Below, in pieces: positions 33,771-46,510 of a stretch of 64,000 nucleotides of DNA (position 1 is its first letter; the number at the start of each line of letters is the position of its first letter). The stretch comes from Macrostomum lignano. Taxonomy: Eukaryota. Both the position numbers and the translations under genes were made by a program. The notes below the pieces were generated by a model, which saw only the letters and a program-made list of their open reading frames with translations, was not told where the DNA came from and ran no database searches. The stretch lies in contig NIVC01002696.1 of assembly GCA_002269645.1 (NCBI GenBank), positions 18,278 through 82,277 on the forward strand. The letters are read 5' to 3'.

Positions 33771-36700
33771 ATGTCCAATGAACCCGAGCAGATTGAGCTG
33801 CGGCTTCACTACCGCGTGGAGACGCAGTCGGTCGATGCAGAGTCTAAATGTGTCGTCTCGCTAGCAGGTAAGAAGTACCAGCTTCATCAAAAAGACACTC
33901 TTGAAGGTGGAAAAGTGTTTGTCACAGCTGATTTTGATGTCGGATTGCAAGCTGAAAGAGACGAGTCGGCGGTTCCGTGCCTGCAAGCCGAAATGAGGTC
34001 CGGTGGAGAATTCCTGATTCTGCCTGACAGAACCCCGTTGGAGTTCGCAGTGACCGTCAATAGTCAGAGTGAGCTGAAATTTTCTAAAGAGAATGTAATA
34101 AAAATTTTAAATGGGCAACATGCACTGAACAACGTTGTGGAAGTTCTCGTGTTAATTGTTGAGAGACAAAACACGTGGACGGTGTCTGCACATCAAGTAA
34201 TACCTGTGCAGCTGCAGTTTCGAGCTCTCGCTCATTCAGGCGTCGAGGTTTTTGTGCTCGGCAACTGTGAGGAGCTGTGTCAGCAGACGCATCAAAACAG
34301 AATGGTTGCTGACGGCAGCGGTGTAAAGCTTCAAGGTGCACTTCGCGTGAGGCTCGCGTGTCTTGGAAAAAGCTACACTGCGTACAGGTATTCGGACCAA
34401 CAGATTGAAACTTCCGAGACTGTGAATCAGGGCGAAGACAAAAGCATCCGCACACCAGATGGAGATCCTCTGAAGGTTCGCCTGAAGGTAAACGACGAGC
34501 TGAACGAGTTGCATGACGACATGCCAAGCCAAACAGTGCCGCTGTCGTGTGAGTCATCAGAGTCCATGCTGCAGAGCTCAGGATTCATTGTCGACTTCGA
34601 CCATGTGGGCGTGAACGTCCACCAGATCGTAAACTGGAGAGTCAGCTTCTTTGTAGACGGCCTGGAAGATCAGGTCACTGACATCAGGTTGACTGGCCTG
34701 TGTGAAACCGAACTGAAACTTTCCAAGAAAGAAAATTCAGCATGGCACACTGACTGCCTGCTTGTAGTAGCTACCGCTGAAGATTGCCGCGGTGACTGGC
34801 TGCTGAAGACACTGGATGGCGAATATTTTGAGTGCGAGATGACGGTGACAGTTGAAGAAAAGCCTGAAAAGACGAAACTGAAAATGAGTTTGTACCCTCG
34901 AGTGAGTAAAGTATGGCTTAACACGAAATTCGAGGCTCACGTGACCCTTTGGCAAAACAAAGATACGAACTCCGAGTTTTCAGAGTCCGAGTCTTCAGAC
35001 CCGCCCATATTCTTCAGCCTTGAAATGCGTCAGTTTGACTGCGATTTTCTATCTTGGCGAAGGGACTCGGTGCTGAAAAACCTATTCGATACAGTTACTA
35101 GAGAGACAGTTAAGAGACAGCTACAGCTGGAAAGAAAACCCATTGACTTCGATACCGTCAAATCTATTTACGCTCAGCTGCTGGTGCCTCTTATCAAAAA
35201 GGACGGCTCATACGACGGCAGAACCAAGGAAACGTCTGGAAATCCCTCCAAGTGGCACAACATCTGGGGAGAAGCTGACGGAACAGACTCAGTTGGCAAT
35301 CCAAACCAAACAAAAGAGTCCGCCATTCAGTGCGTGCACAGAATCGTCAGTGATTCAACGTTGACTGTTGAAGAAGCGAGGAATTTGGTATTTAACAGAC
35401 TGCGAAAAGCGTACAGTAACCGAGAGAAGAAAGTTTATGAACTACTCGGTGTCACAGAAGACTTGGATGCTGTGACAGAAGAGCAGCTGCTAGCAGCAGA
35501 GCAGCACTCCAAGTCTCTACTTGAACACGCAGCCGCTATCGTTCGAGGTCGGATGGAAGCAGCTCTGGTGCTGCCCAAGAAGACTGACAGAGAGTCGCAC
35601 GTGGGAGAAGCAATCGAATGGTTTGTGTTTCTCATGCGAATCTGGTGCAGATTTAGACACCAGAATCCCAGTGGCAATGAGCCGGAGCGGTTCAGGGAGT
35701 TGATTACCGAAGATCAGAAGTCACCATCTGATATCGTTGCTGCAGACACTAAAATCTACACCACGAAGGACACCAAGGCTTCATCAGCGGCTTTTGATCG
35801 CGTTAAGATTTTTAGCAAATTTACAAACGCTCTCACCAGATACCATCTCAGCAGTCGAGGCTTACCTATTCGCTTTGTCGACGTCAAATCTACGTACGCT
35901 CAGCTGCTGGTGCCTCTTATCAAAAAGGACGGCTCATACGACGGCAGAACCAAGAAAACGTCTGGAAATCCATCCAAGTGGCACAACATCTGGGGAGAAG
36001 CTGACGGAACAGACCCAGTTGGCAATCCCAACCAAACAAAAGAGTCCGCCATTCAGTGTGTGCACAGAATCGTCAGCGATTCAACGTTGAATGTTGAAGA
36101 CGCAAGGAATTTGGTATTTAACAGACTGCAAAAAACATACATTAATCGAGAGGAGAATGTCTTCAAACTACTCGGGGTCACAGAAGACTTGAATGCTGTG
36201 ACGGAACAGCAGCTGCTTGCAGCAGAGCAGCACTACAAGTCGCTGCTTGAACACGCAGCCGCTATCGTTCGCGGTCGAATGGAAGCAGCTCTGGTGCTGC
36301 CCATGGAGACTGATAGAGAGTCGCACGTGGGAGAAGCAACCGAATGGTTTGTGTTTCTCATGCGAGTCTGGTGGAGATTCAGAAAGCTGAATCCCAGTGG
36401 CGACGAGCAGTATCGGTTCAGAGAGTCGATTACTGAAGTTCAGAAGTCACCAGCTGATGTCGTTGCTGCAGGCACTTTGACCTACAGCACTAAGGACACC
36501 AAAGCTTCATCACCGACTTTTGATCGCGTTGAGATTCTAAACGAATTTACAAACGCTCTCACCAGATACCATCTTAGCAGTCGAGGCTCACCCATTCGCT
36601 TTGTCGACGTCAAATCTACGTACGCTCAGCTGCTGGTGCCTCTTATCAAAAAGGACGGCTCATACGACGGCAGAACCAAGGAAACGTCTGGAAATCCTTC

Positions 36701-39700
36701 CAGGTGGCACAACATCTGGGGAGAAGCTGACGGAACAGACTCAGTTGGCAATCCCAACCAAACAAAAGAGTCCGCCATTCAGTGCGTGCACAGAATCGTC
36801 AGCGATTCAACGTTGAATGTTGAAGAAGCGAGGAATTCGGTATTTACCAGACTGCGAAAAACGTACAGTATTCGAGGCGAGAAAGTCTTTGAACTACTCG
36901 GTGTCACAGAAGACTTGGATGCTGTGACAGAAGAGCAGCTTCTAGCAGCAGAGCAGCACTACAAGTCTCTGCTTGAACACGCAGCCGCTATCGTTCGTGG
37001 TCGGATGGAAGCAGCTCTGGTGCTGCCCAAGAAGACTGATAGAGAGTCGCACATGGGAGAAGCAACCGAATGGTTTGTGTTTCTCATGCGAGTCTGGTGC
37101 AGATTCAGGCAGCTGGATCCCAGTGGCGATGAGCAAGAGCGGTTCAGGGAGTCGATTTCAGAGCCGTCTGCTGCTTCAGCATCAATGAGTGACCCGGACA
37201 GCTTAAAACCACCGGAGAAAGTGCAACAGTTGCTGCAGCTGAGCTTTCAATTTGATGGGAACGCTGTCAGAGAAAGAGCTGTGGTTGAATTTGATGGAGA
37301 AACTTTCTCAACGTCTAAGATCGTAAAAGTACAAGACGCTCAGCGGAAAGATGCAGTGTGGACTAGAAATGGTGAAGCCATTAAATTCAAAGCAAAGACA
37401 AAGTCATCAGACGAATTCGAAGAATTTCAGCTGGCATGTTCCGAAGACTTCAATTTTGTAGAAGAAGTCATTTCGTACAAGATTATAGTTACAAACAAGG
37501 TGCAAATTCTGCGCCAAATGCCGGACCAGGTTGGCGAACGGATCGGCGACTTTGTCGTCAAAGTTTGCAAAGGTGAGGTGGCAGTCGAGCAGTTCACTTC
37601 CATCACCCTCCGGTTCAAGGTCGAACACTGCGAAGGCATGTCGGCAGTCTGGGTTTCGAACTTGAGTATTGGGAATCTGCATTTGAGACTTGATGATCAA
37701 AAGCGTGAGTGGCAGTCACCCGTTCATGTACCTCTTGTTTATATAGACTCAAAACAAAATTTTAAGGTTCAGCCACTTGTGCAAGCAGTGATCAACAACA
37801 AGTTGTACAACTGCAGCCTCAGCATGCAGAAAGACAAACCGGATGGAGCCCAGCTGGTCACTGATGGAGCTGACCTCATCGCAACCGTATCTGAGTTGCC
37901 GACAGAGGATAAAAAGTGGGACATTTGCGAATGCACTCACGAATCAGAAGACTCACTTATGCCAGTGGAAGTGCATCTCAGAGTAAGAGGAAAGTTGGAA
38001 AATCGTACAGTGGAACTCATAAGTCAGAAAGGAAATTCAGTAACGGCAGGAGAGTCCATGTCAGTGGCGACTAGAGTCCTGCCAGATGGAAGTATTTCGG
38101 GACTCAATGAGTTAAAGGTAGTGATTGACGAGCAGCCAGTAGCAGTTGAGCAGAAATTGATAGGTGCGACGGTGTCTAAGGTTGTGGTTCTCGTTTACCT
38201 GGACTGTAGCCAGCCAATCGCTCATATTCTGCCTGTGATAGACGTGCCAATGGTATTCTCAGCAGAGGAAGAAGGCGTTCATGTGCTCAGCAACTGCCCC
38301 GAACTCGGCCACGAACCTACTAGCTCAAACAAGCTGACCAAAGACAGCAGCGCGGGTCGGTGGGTCAAATGGCAGCGACTCCAGTTGGCAGTCATCAACG
38401 GGGAATTCAAAATTCTTGACGGCCAGCCTGTGACTGTGTGGAGACGAAAAAATAGAAAAAAAGTGCACCATTGGCCTCTGCGGCTGCTGTGCCACAATTC
38501 AGCAGCATCTGAAATTGGATTCAGCATCCAGTTTAATAAGGACACAGCCGAACCGATGGTACACAGATCCGTTCGCACCCTGCTGCAGATCCGTGCCGGA
38601 CATCAGGAGGGCATGACGTCCCTGTGCGCTAAGGGTGTCGTTTTGACGGACAGTCCGTTCAGCTATGAAAGTGAGCCGTGCGTCATTCATAGCTTCGCCA
38701 AAGAAGGCTGCAAAGACTGCAGTAGCAAAGACAGAGAGTTCTGGGACGGCACAGTCGAGCTGGCGGTTGCTGTGCCCGTGCCTACAGAGGGAATGGGCTT
38801 TGAACTGCGGCATCCAGATGGTCGCAGTTTGGAGTTCGAACTACACGCTGAAAAGAGCAATAAAGCAAAGAGAATGCCGGTGCATTTTGTGCTGAAAGTG
38901 GAGAGCCCGATTCAGCATGTTGCTTTCTTTTGCGAGGAACTTGTGTATAAAAATCCGGTCACGGATATTGAGAAAAGGGAGCTAGAAGAGCATTTTAGCA
39001 AGCTTGCAAAAGGAGAGGGGATGTTTCAAACTTTAAAGGAAAGGTTTTTTCCTGAAAATGATTCCAACCAACCAAACTGTCCACCAGTTTCGCTAAGAGA
39101 CATATTGCAAATGAAGGAGGAGCCGACAAGTAAAAAAGCAAAAAATACGGCTACAAAAATGTCTCCGCGTAACGCAAAGAATACAAAGAAAATCAACGAC
39201 AAGTTGAAAAGGAACCCGGAACTTTCTGAAGAATTCAAGCTTAGAAAAATAGTATTTGACCTTCTTGTGCCAAGATTCAAACGTTGCGGCGCATACGCTG
39301 AGCCTACATGTGACAATCCTGAGTTTCATACATGTATTTGGGCTTCAGTGAAGGATGTCGCGAAAGCGCTGGGTGAATTGCAGCAAAGGAATATGGAAAA
39401 CGGTACAGTCAATGACATAGAAGAGGATAAACTACAGAAACTGGAAAGCTTTTTGCGGAGTGAGAAATTATTTGAACCAAGATGCTTCAAACTTAATGAC
39501 GCTGTCGCATGCAGCAGCAGTGCGCAATATCTTTTGAGGAGAGTTGAACATCCATTTGGTTGGCAGCACTTGCAAAATGACCCACTTGGCGTCAATGCGA
39601 CACTGGCCGCAAAACAAATCAGGAGGCGGCTGAGAACGCTTTACCATTTGAAGAGACAGCGAGAAATCTTTGAAAAATTAAACATCGACTTGGAAGGCAT

Positions 39701-40106
39701 TAACGACTATTTTGATATTGTTCCCCTATTGTGGGAGCGATGCGTCCAATTGCGTAATCCACGCCACCTATTGAAGCCAGCGTTAGAAGAGCTCTTCAAA
39801 TTCCTGATTTCGACCGCCGCAGCGATCGCCCGTGGCAGAGCTGAAGCCCACATGCTGCCGCTGGTCGCTACTGATGAAAATCATTTACGCGCTGCGGTAG
39901 CGTGGTTGGAGTGCACATTCAATGCTTTCAGGGAGTATTTGCGGGAAAATACTCAGTCGAAGTTGGACTTGGCTGATGAAATAGAAGGTCTCTTAAAAGA
40001 AAGCAACTGCCCGGAACCGAACTTTTACAACTGGCCCTGCACATGCAAGCTACCTTGCTGCAAAAACAACTCATCACCCAAAAAACCAAGAAAACCCAAA
40101 AAGTGA
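33771..40106 (+). CDS. Giant intronless hypothetical protein (2111 aa) with three 242-aa tandem repeats and a diverged fourth copy
   Basis: 6.3-kb open frame; 726-bp repeat period (anchors 35171, 35897, 36623); TATATAAG at ~33675 and CCAAT upstream. Confidence 0.75.
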   Translation: MSNEPEQIELRLHYRVETQSVDAESKCVVSLAGKKYQLHQKDTLEGGKVFVTADFDVGLQAERDESAVPCLQAEMRSGGEFLILPDRTPLEFAVTVNSQSELKFSKENVIKILNGQHALNNVVEVLVLIVERQNTWTVSAHQVIPVQLQFRALAHSGVEVFVLGNCEELCQQTHQNRMVADGSGVKLQGALRVRLACLGKSYTAYRYSDQQIETSETVNQGEDKSIRTPDGDPLKVRLKVNDELNELHDDMPSQTVPLSCESSESMLQSSGFIVDFDHVGVNVHQIVNWRVSFFVDGLEDQVTDIRLTGLCETELKLSKKENSAWHTDCLLVVATAEDCRGDWLLKTLDGEYFECEMTVTVEEKPEKTKLKMSLYPRVSKVWLNTKFEAHVTLWQNKDTNSEFSESESSDPPIFFSLEMRQFDCDFLSWRRDSVLKNLFDTVTRETVKRQLQLERKPIDFDTVKSIYAQLLVPLIKKDGSYDGRTKETSGNPSKWHNIWGEADGTDSVGNPNQTKESAIQCVHRIVSDSTLTVEEARNLVFNRLRKAYSNREKKVYELLGVTEDLDAVTEEQLLAAEQHSKSLLEHAAAIVRGRMEAALVLPKKTDRESHVGEAIEWFVFLMRIWCRFRHQNPSGNEPERFRELITEDQKSPSDIVAADTKIYTTKDTKASSAAFDRVKIFSKFTNALTRYHLSSRGLPIRFVDVKSTYAQLLVPLIKKDGSYDGRTKKTSGNPSKWHNIWGEADGTDPVGNPNQTKESAIQCVHRIVSDSTLNVEDARNLVFNRLQKTYINREENVFKLLGVTEDLNAVTEQQLLAAEQHYKSLLEHAAAIVRGRMEAALVLPMETDRESHVGEATEWFVFLMRVWWRFRKLNPSGDEQYRFRESITEVQKSPADVVAAGTLTYSTKDTKASSPTFDRVEILNEFTNALTRYHLSSRGSPIRFVDVKSTYAQLLVPLIKKDGSYDGRTKETSGNPSRWHNIWGEADGTDSVGNPNQTKESAIQCVHRIVSDSTLNVEEARNSVFTRLRKTYSIRGEKVFELLGVTEDLDAVTEEQLLAAEQHYKSLLEHAAAIVRGRMEAALVLPKKTDRESHMGEATEWFVFLMRVWCRFRQLDPSGDEQERFRESISEPSAASASMSDPDSLKPPEKVQQLLQLSFQFDGNAVRERAVVEFDGETFSTSKIVKVQDAQRKDAVWTRNGEAIKFKAKTKSSDEFEEFQLACSEDFNFVEEVISYKIIVTNKVQILRQMPDQVGERIGDFVVKVCKGEVAVEQFTSITLRFKVEHCEGMSAVWVSNLSIGNLHLRLDDQKREWQSPVHVPLVYIDSKQNFKVQPLVQAVINNKLYNCSLSMQKDKPDGAQLVTDGADLIATVSELPTEDKKWDICECTHESEDSLMPVEVHLRVRGKLENRTVELISQKGNSVTAGESMSVATRVLPDGSISGLNELKVVIDEQPVAVEQKLIGATVSKVVVLVYLDCSQPIAHILPVIDVPMVFSAEEEGVHVLSNCPELGHEPTSSNKLTKDSSAGRWVKWQRLQLAVINGEFKILDGQPVTVWRRKNRKKVHHWPLRLLCHNSAASEIGFSIQFNKDTAEPMVHRSVRTLLQIRAGHQEGMTSLCAKGVVLTDSPFSYESEPCVIHSFAKEGCKDCSSKDREFWDGTVELAVAVPVPTEGMGFELRHPDGRSLEFELHAEKSNKAKRMPVHFVLKVESPIQHVAFFCEELVYKNPVTDIEKRELEEHFSKLAKGEGMFQTLKERFFPENDSNQPNCPPVSLRDILQMKEEPTSKKAKNTATKMSPRNAKNTKKINDKLKRNPELSEEFKLRKIVFDLLVPRFKRCGAYAEPTCDNPEFHTCIWASVKDVAKALGELQQRNMENGTVNDIEEDKLQKLESFLRSEKLFEPRCFKLNDAVACSSSAQYLLRRVEHPFGWQHLQNDPLGVNATLAAKQIRRRLRTLYHLKRQREIFEKLNIDLEGINDYFDIVPLLWERCVQLRNPRHLLKPALEELFKFLISTAAAIARGRAEAHMLPLVATDENHLRAAVAWLECTFNAFREYLRENTQSKLDLADEIEGLLKESNCPEPNFYNWPCTCKLPCCKNNSSPKKPRKPKK

Positions 40107-40704
40107 CGAAACGACACAAGCGAAAGCGCTAAAATTTCTTTGGAAAAACTTTCTTTTTAAAGGAAAGCGCTTTTTGCTTACGCTTTGACAATTTTTTATT
40201 ACAAATATTCTAGCAGCGAAAACTACTCGAGGTAATATTTGTTTATTCTTATAACGGAAGATATGACTATGACGTCATCTTTTTTCAAATGGTAATTCTA
40301 TCCAAATTTATAATCTTACGTTTTCGTGTTTTATCTACAATCTTTCTTAAGCGCAACTACATATATCCAGATAGCATGTGACAGAATATCCTTGACAACA
40401 TTATCCTGATATTGATAAGTGGCCCTAGAGGCTGAACTTTCTACTGATTAGTAGTGCAGACTTCATCTGTCTGTACGCGGCACTGACATTTCTCAGAAAT
40501 CAAAGTCATCTCTTCCAGCTGCTCTTGCTGACTAAATTCTCAAACTGACTTTGCTCACTTTTGCATCCTGCCTTGCACTCTGTGCCGGTAAACTGACTGT
40601 CAGTCTGTCAGTTTTACTATGTCAAGAATCCTCTGTCACTGCCATATTGATGTTTGAGCCGTTTAAAAAACAAAAAAAATTGCCTTGTTTTACTGGATTC
40701 ACTT

Positions 40705-41110
40705 GTTTTGACTTTTTGATTCACGTTATAATCCCTGAGTTTTGTGCTGCTCTCCCTGATTCAGTATGATTTGGTTTTTGATTCACGTTTTAATCCCTGA
40801 GTTTTGTGCTGCTGTCCCTGATTCAATATGATTTGGTTTTTGATTCACGTTTTAGCCCTGAGTTTTGTGCTGCCTTCCCTGATTCAATATGATTTGGTTT
40901 TTGATTCACGTTTTAGCCCTGAGTTTTGTGCTGCCTTCCCTGATTCAATATGATTTGGTTTTTGATTCACGTTTTAGCCCTGAGTTTTGTGCTGCTCTCC
41001 CTGATTCAATATGATTTGGTTTTTGATTCACGTTATAATCCCTGAGTTTTGTGCTGCTCTCCCTGATTCAATATGATTTGGTTTTTGATTCACGTTTTAC
41101 CCCTGAGTTT
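40705..41110. repeat. ~56-bp minisatellite
   Basis: tttttgattcacg...ccctgagttttgtgctgc...tgattcaatatgatttgg repeated. Confidence 0.9.
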
Positions 41111-41322
41111 TGTGCATCCTTTTCTTAATTCAATGTCATTTTTTTCGTTTATTCTCTCTTTAATCCAAATGTTTTGTGCTGCTTTCTCTGATTAAAAATA
41201 ATTTTGGTTTTTGATTCACGTTTTCGTTTTTTGCACTTGCTAAGCCTATATAATCCATTCGCTTTACAAAACATTTATTCGAAAAAAACTAATCCTCATG
41301 GCTTTTTGTAAACTCTTTTGTC

Positions 41323-41629
<307 letters not shown>

Positions 41630-41989
41630 AGTAGTTATTGTTATGATTGAAGTTAACACAACACTGTGAAAGGCGCAGTTCTGTGAGCACGAGTAGCTTT
41701 TGTTAGCAATATGAGACAGCTAAGTCCAGCTGATATGAGTCCAGCTGAGACATATAATCGGCTTATTTGTGGCAAGCATGGATACTCTCTACCTGTTGTT
41801 CTTCTTACTACTTTACTAAGCAATAAAGTTCTGCATAATTATAATTGATAGTTTTGGGTAGTTGCCTTCACGCTCCCCAAACGTAAATGCTAAAACAATT
41901 TATAAAACAAGCTAGAAAAGAAACGTTTGATTTGCAATGCAGATAAGAAAATACAACAAAAACAAAAAATGCCGCTGAGCGAGACAAAA

Positions 41990-42680
41990 GAAAGGGAGAG
42001 AAGGAGAGCCGGGGAGAAGGGAGGAGGAAAGAGGGAGACAAAGAGGGAGAGAGAAGAGGGAAGAGAAGAGAGGGAGAGAAATAGGAAGAGGAGAAGAGGA
42101 GAGGGAGGGGAAGAGGGAGAGACGGGAGGGGAAGAGGGAGAGACGGGAGGGGAAGAGGGAGAGAGGGAGAGACGGAAGGAGAAGAGGGAGAGACGGAAGG
42201 AGAAAGAGGGAGAGACGGAAGGAGAAGAGGGAGAGACGGAAGGAGAAGAGGGAGAGACGGAGAGAAGAGGGAGAGACAGGAGGAGAAGAGGGAGAGACGG
42301 GAGGAGAAGAGGGAGAGACGGGAGGAGAAGAGGGAGAGACGGGAGGAGAAGAGAGAGAGACGGGAGGAGAAGAGGGAGAGACGGGAGGAGAAGAGAGAGA
42401 CGGGAGGAGAAGAGGGAGAGATGGGAGGAGAAGAGGGAGAGACGGGAGGAGAAGAGGGAGAGACGGGAGGAGAAGAGGGAGAGATGGGAGGAGAAGAGGG
42501 AGAGACGGGAGGAGAAGAGGGAGAGACGGGAGGAGAAGAGGGAGAGACGTGAGGAGAAGAGGGAGAGACGGGAGGAGAAGAGGGAGAGACGGGAGGAGAA
42601 GAGGGAGAGACGGGAGGAGAAGAGGGAGAGACGGGAGGAGAAGAGGGAGAGACGGGAGGAGAAGAGAGAGAGAGAGATTA
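41990..42680. repeat. Polypurine (GA-rich) minisatellite
   Basis: gggagagacgggaggagaaga-type units; overlapping ORFs are artefacts. Confidence 0.93.
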
Positions 42681-44455
42681 AGTAAGAGCTCAGTGAGAAG
42701 TGGTGCCAGAGCATATCAGAAAGTGCGATGAGAAGTCGGACATGAGTAAATTTGCGAGCATTTTGAGGCGAATAAGAATTTGCTTGGAATTTAAATTTCC
42801 CAAGTCATAAGCCTAGATGCAGCTCGTGGATGCTAGAAATACATTGAACTGTTCACAATGGACCCTGATTAGAGTGTTATCAAAATAGAGAGCTGATATG
42901 CGCTATTTAGGTACTTTCAGATAAACCTCGATGCTTCATCTATCTATCTAGAGATAGAGCTCAATAAAGTGTTTTTGAGCAGCTCTGATTGGTCGTTTAG
43001 GCGCTCGTAATAAATCCACTTTTGGCAACTATATTTTTGAGCACTGGCTGGTAAATTCGTTGAGTAGAGAGAGTGAAACTTCACTTTAACAGATTTGCGT
43101 TCGGTTTGAGTATAAAAATCTCCTTTCAATATACTCCTTTTGGTAAGTGTAGCATTGAAGTTTACATGATTTTATCCGACTTCTGATACCCTCCGATACC
43201 CTCCAATACCCTTAAATACCCCCAATACCGTTTGTTACCTCCAATACTCTTTAATACTCTCCGATACGGTCCTTTAAATAATCTCTAATATCCTCCCTCC
43301 GATACCCTCACATACCCTCCGATACCTTTCCAATACCCTCCAATACCCTTCAATACCCGCCAATACCCTTCAATACCCGCCAATACCCTCCAATACCCTT
43401 AAATACCCCCAATACCCTCTAATACTCACAGATACGGTCCAATACCCTTAAATAACCTCTAATATCCTCACATACCCTCCGATACCCTAAAATACCCTCC
43501 GATACCTTCTGATGCAGTTTCGTTACCCTCAAGTATATTTACATGCTTCAGATGCCTTACTCAGAGCCTTCGCAGTGCATATCCGAGTGCATTATTTTCT
43601 AATACAAGCTTGCACCATCTACACTACAATTTCCTTAAGGTATCGGATGGCTGCATGGTTTCAAAAAACGCTAATTTCTCGAAGTCATATCACCATTTTT
43701 ACACACTCGCAGATGCCAACTGCACTTATACACTAAAGAGCTTGAACTACAGAAACTCGGAAAGCAACTTTCAGGGTATTCTCAGGGGACTTCGAGCCAA
43801 GGTTTTTTGCTGCTATCTGTTTTCAAGGGTTGGATTGCAACTACGAGCGTATAGGCACTTATACATGTATTTCAGTACATTTTCGATCCAGAAAAATGGT
43901 TACATTAGCTCAGCACCAGTAGCTTTCTTAGAAAGCTTCAATTATTTAGACGAGCCCCAGCCCTGGAGTAAAAATTTTACAATTCATTTTAATTAAAAGT
44001 ATACCGCGCCAATTTGAATTGCTAATTTTTTTTCTAGGAAACGAACGAGAGTGACGGTACTCGCTGAACTGGTTTCTGGTTAGAAAAATTTAATTTTTTT
44101 GTAGGATGTTTTAACAACGAAGATAAAGAGAGCTGCTGTGTGTGGACACGACTTGGCGTTTAAGTAAAATTGCTGCATGCAATTACAATAAGTCAAATTT
44201 TACAATAACTTAAACAAAATAATGATGCGAAAATAGCTCGTAGCGTCAAAATTCGTAGATAAAAATGGCCCCGAAATTCAAAAACAAAAATAGCGCGAAA
44301 ATTCATTACTGAAAATGGCGCCAAAATTCTTTGCTGAAAATGGCGCCAAAATTAATTGCTGAAAATGGCGCCAAAATTCATAGATTAAAGTGGCGTCAAA
44401 ATTTACCTCGTAATTTGCATCCATAGGCAGCCTGTGCTGGAGTCAAAAGTCACCC

Positions 44456-45805
44456 ATGGCCAGTTCCTCGGCACCTCCCACGTCAGCGCCTCCCTGCTGC
44501 TCTGCCGGGCTGACCGCCTGCTACGGTTGTCGTCCTTCCAGCCTCGACGAGCTGGTTCAACGCTCGAAGTTCAACCGCGACGAGTTGAAGCTGATGTACC
44601 GCGGATTCAAGACCGAGTGCCCGACTGGACTGCTTCATCGACAAGCGTTTAGGGAGATTTTCTCCCAGTTTTTCCCGCTGGGAGATGCGGCCTGCTATGC
44701 GGATCTGGTGTTCAACAGCTTTGATAGGGAGGGCCGAGGCTGGCTCTCCTTCGACTGCGTGATCGAGGGACTGTCGGTTGTGTGCAGGTAACTGCGGGTA
44801 ACCGATTCCCGAAACTTCACCGATTCCCGAAGCTTCACCGATTCCCGAAGCTTCACCGATTCCCGAGGCTTCACCGATTCCCGAAGCTTCACGATTCCCG
44901 AAGCTTCACGGTTCCCGAAGCTTCACCGATTCCCGAAGCTTCACCGATTCCCGAAACTTCACCGATTCCCGAAACTTCACCGATTCCCGAAACTTCACCG
45001 ATTCTCGAAACTTCACCGATTCCCGAAGCTTCACCGATTCCCGAAGCTTCACCGATTCCCGAAACTTCACCGATTCCCGAAGCTTCACGATTCCCGAAGC
45101 TTCACCGATTCCCAAAGCTTCACCGATTCCCGAAGCTTCACCGATTCCCGAAGCTTCACGATTCCCGAAGCTTCACCGATTCCCGAAACTTCACCGATTC
45201 CCGAAGCTTCACCGATTCCCGAAGCTTCACCGATTCCCGAAGCTTCACCAACTCGAAACTTCACCAATCCGAAACTCCATCAATCCGAAACTCCACCAAC
45301 CCGAAACTTAATCAACCCAAAACTTTACCAACCCGAAACTTCCCCAACCCGAAACTTCACCAATCCGAAACTCCACCAAACCGAAACTTAACCAACCGGA
45401 AACTTAACCAACCCGAAACTTCACGAACCCGAAACTTCACCAATCCGAAACTCCACCAAACCGAAACTTAACCAACCGAAACTTAACCAACCCGAAACTT
45501 CGCCTTGCAGAGGCACCACAAGCGAGCGACTGGCCTGGGCCTTCCGCCTCTATGACGCTGACGGTGACGGGTCCATCAGCCGCGGCGAGATGCTCCGCCT
45601 GGTGTCCGCCATCTACGATCTGCTCGGTTGCTGCGTGTCGCCTCGAGTCGGTCAGCTCGACGTGAGACGTCGCGCCGAGCAAGTGTTCGAAATGATGGAC
45701 GCCGACAAAGACGGCTCCGTCAGTTTCGCGGAATTCGAGACCGCCTGTCGGTCTGGGGAGCGCGACATCGACAGGGAGCTGGCCTGCTTCGACACCCTGC
45801 TGTGA
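44456..45805 (+). CDS. KCNIP: Kv channel-interacting protein (neuronal calcium sensor); exons 44456-44787 + 45511-45805
   Basis: RPSSLDELVQRSKFNRDELKLMYRGFKTECPTG...FFPLGD; phase-2 intron; GTTSERLAWAFRLYDADGDGSI and MDADKDGSVSFAEF EF-hands. Confidence 0.9.
44798..45500. repeat. 18-bp minisatellite filling the KChIP intron
   Basis: cttcaccgattcccgaa(g/a) tandem copies. Confidence 0.93.
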
Positions 45806-45829
45806 CTTTTGGGAGCTGGGGATGTTGGG

Positions 45830-46510
45830 ATTTGAGAATGTCAAGATCTAGGGATGTCGGGATCGGGAAATTTCGCAATCTGGAGATGTCGGGAATCGAT
45901 ATCTGGGGATGTGGGATGGGAATCTGGGAATGTCGGGATCTGGGGATTTCGGGATCTGCGGATGTCGGGATCTAAAAATGTCGGGATCTGGTGATGTGGG
46001 AATCTGGGAATGTTGGGATCTGCGGATTTCGGGATCTAAGAGTGTCGGGATCTGGGAATGTGGGGATCTGGGGATATCGGAATCTGGGGACGTCGGGAGT
46101 TGGGGATGTCGGGATCTGGGATGTCGGGATCTGGAGATGAGGGAATCTGGAGATGTCGGAATCTGGGAGTGTTGGGATCTGGGAATGTCGGAATCTGGGG
46201 ATGTCGGAATCTGGGGACGTCGGAGTTGGGGATGTCGGGATCTGGGATGTCGGGATCTGGAGATGTGGGAATCTGGAGATGTTGGGATCTGGGGATGTCG
46301 GAGTCTGAGGATGTCGGAATCTGGGGATGTTGGGATCTGGAGATGTCGGGATCTGGTGATGTGGTAATCTGGGAATGTCGGGATCTGCGGATGTTTGGAT
46401 CTAAGAATGTCGGATCTGGGAATGTCGGGAGTTGGGTATGTCGGGATCTGGGGATGTCGGAATCTGGAGGTGTTGGGATCTGGGGATGTCGGGATCTAGG
46501 GATGTCGTGA
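45830..46510. repeat. Degenerate gggatgtcgggatct-type minisatellite
   Basis: Short degenerate tandem units 3' of KChIP. Confidence 0.85.
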
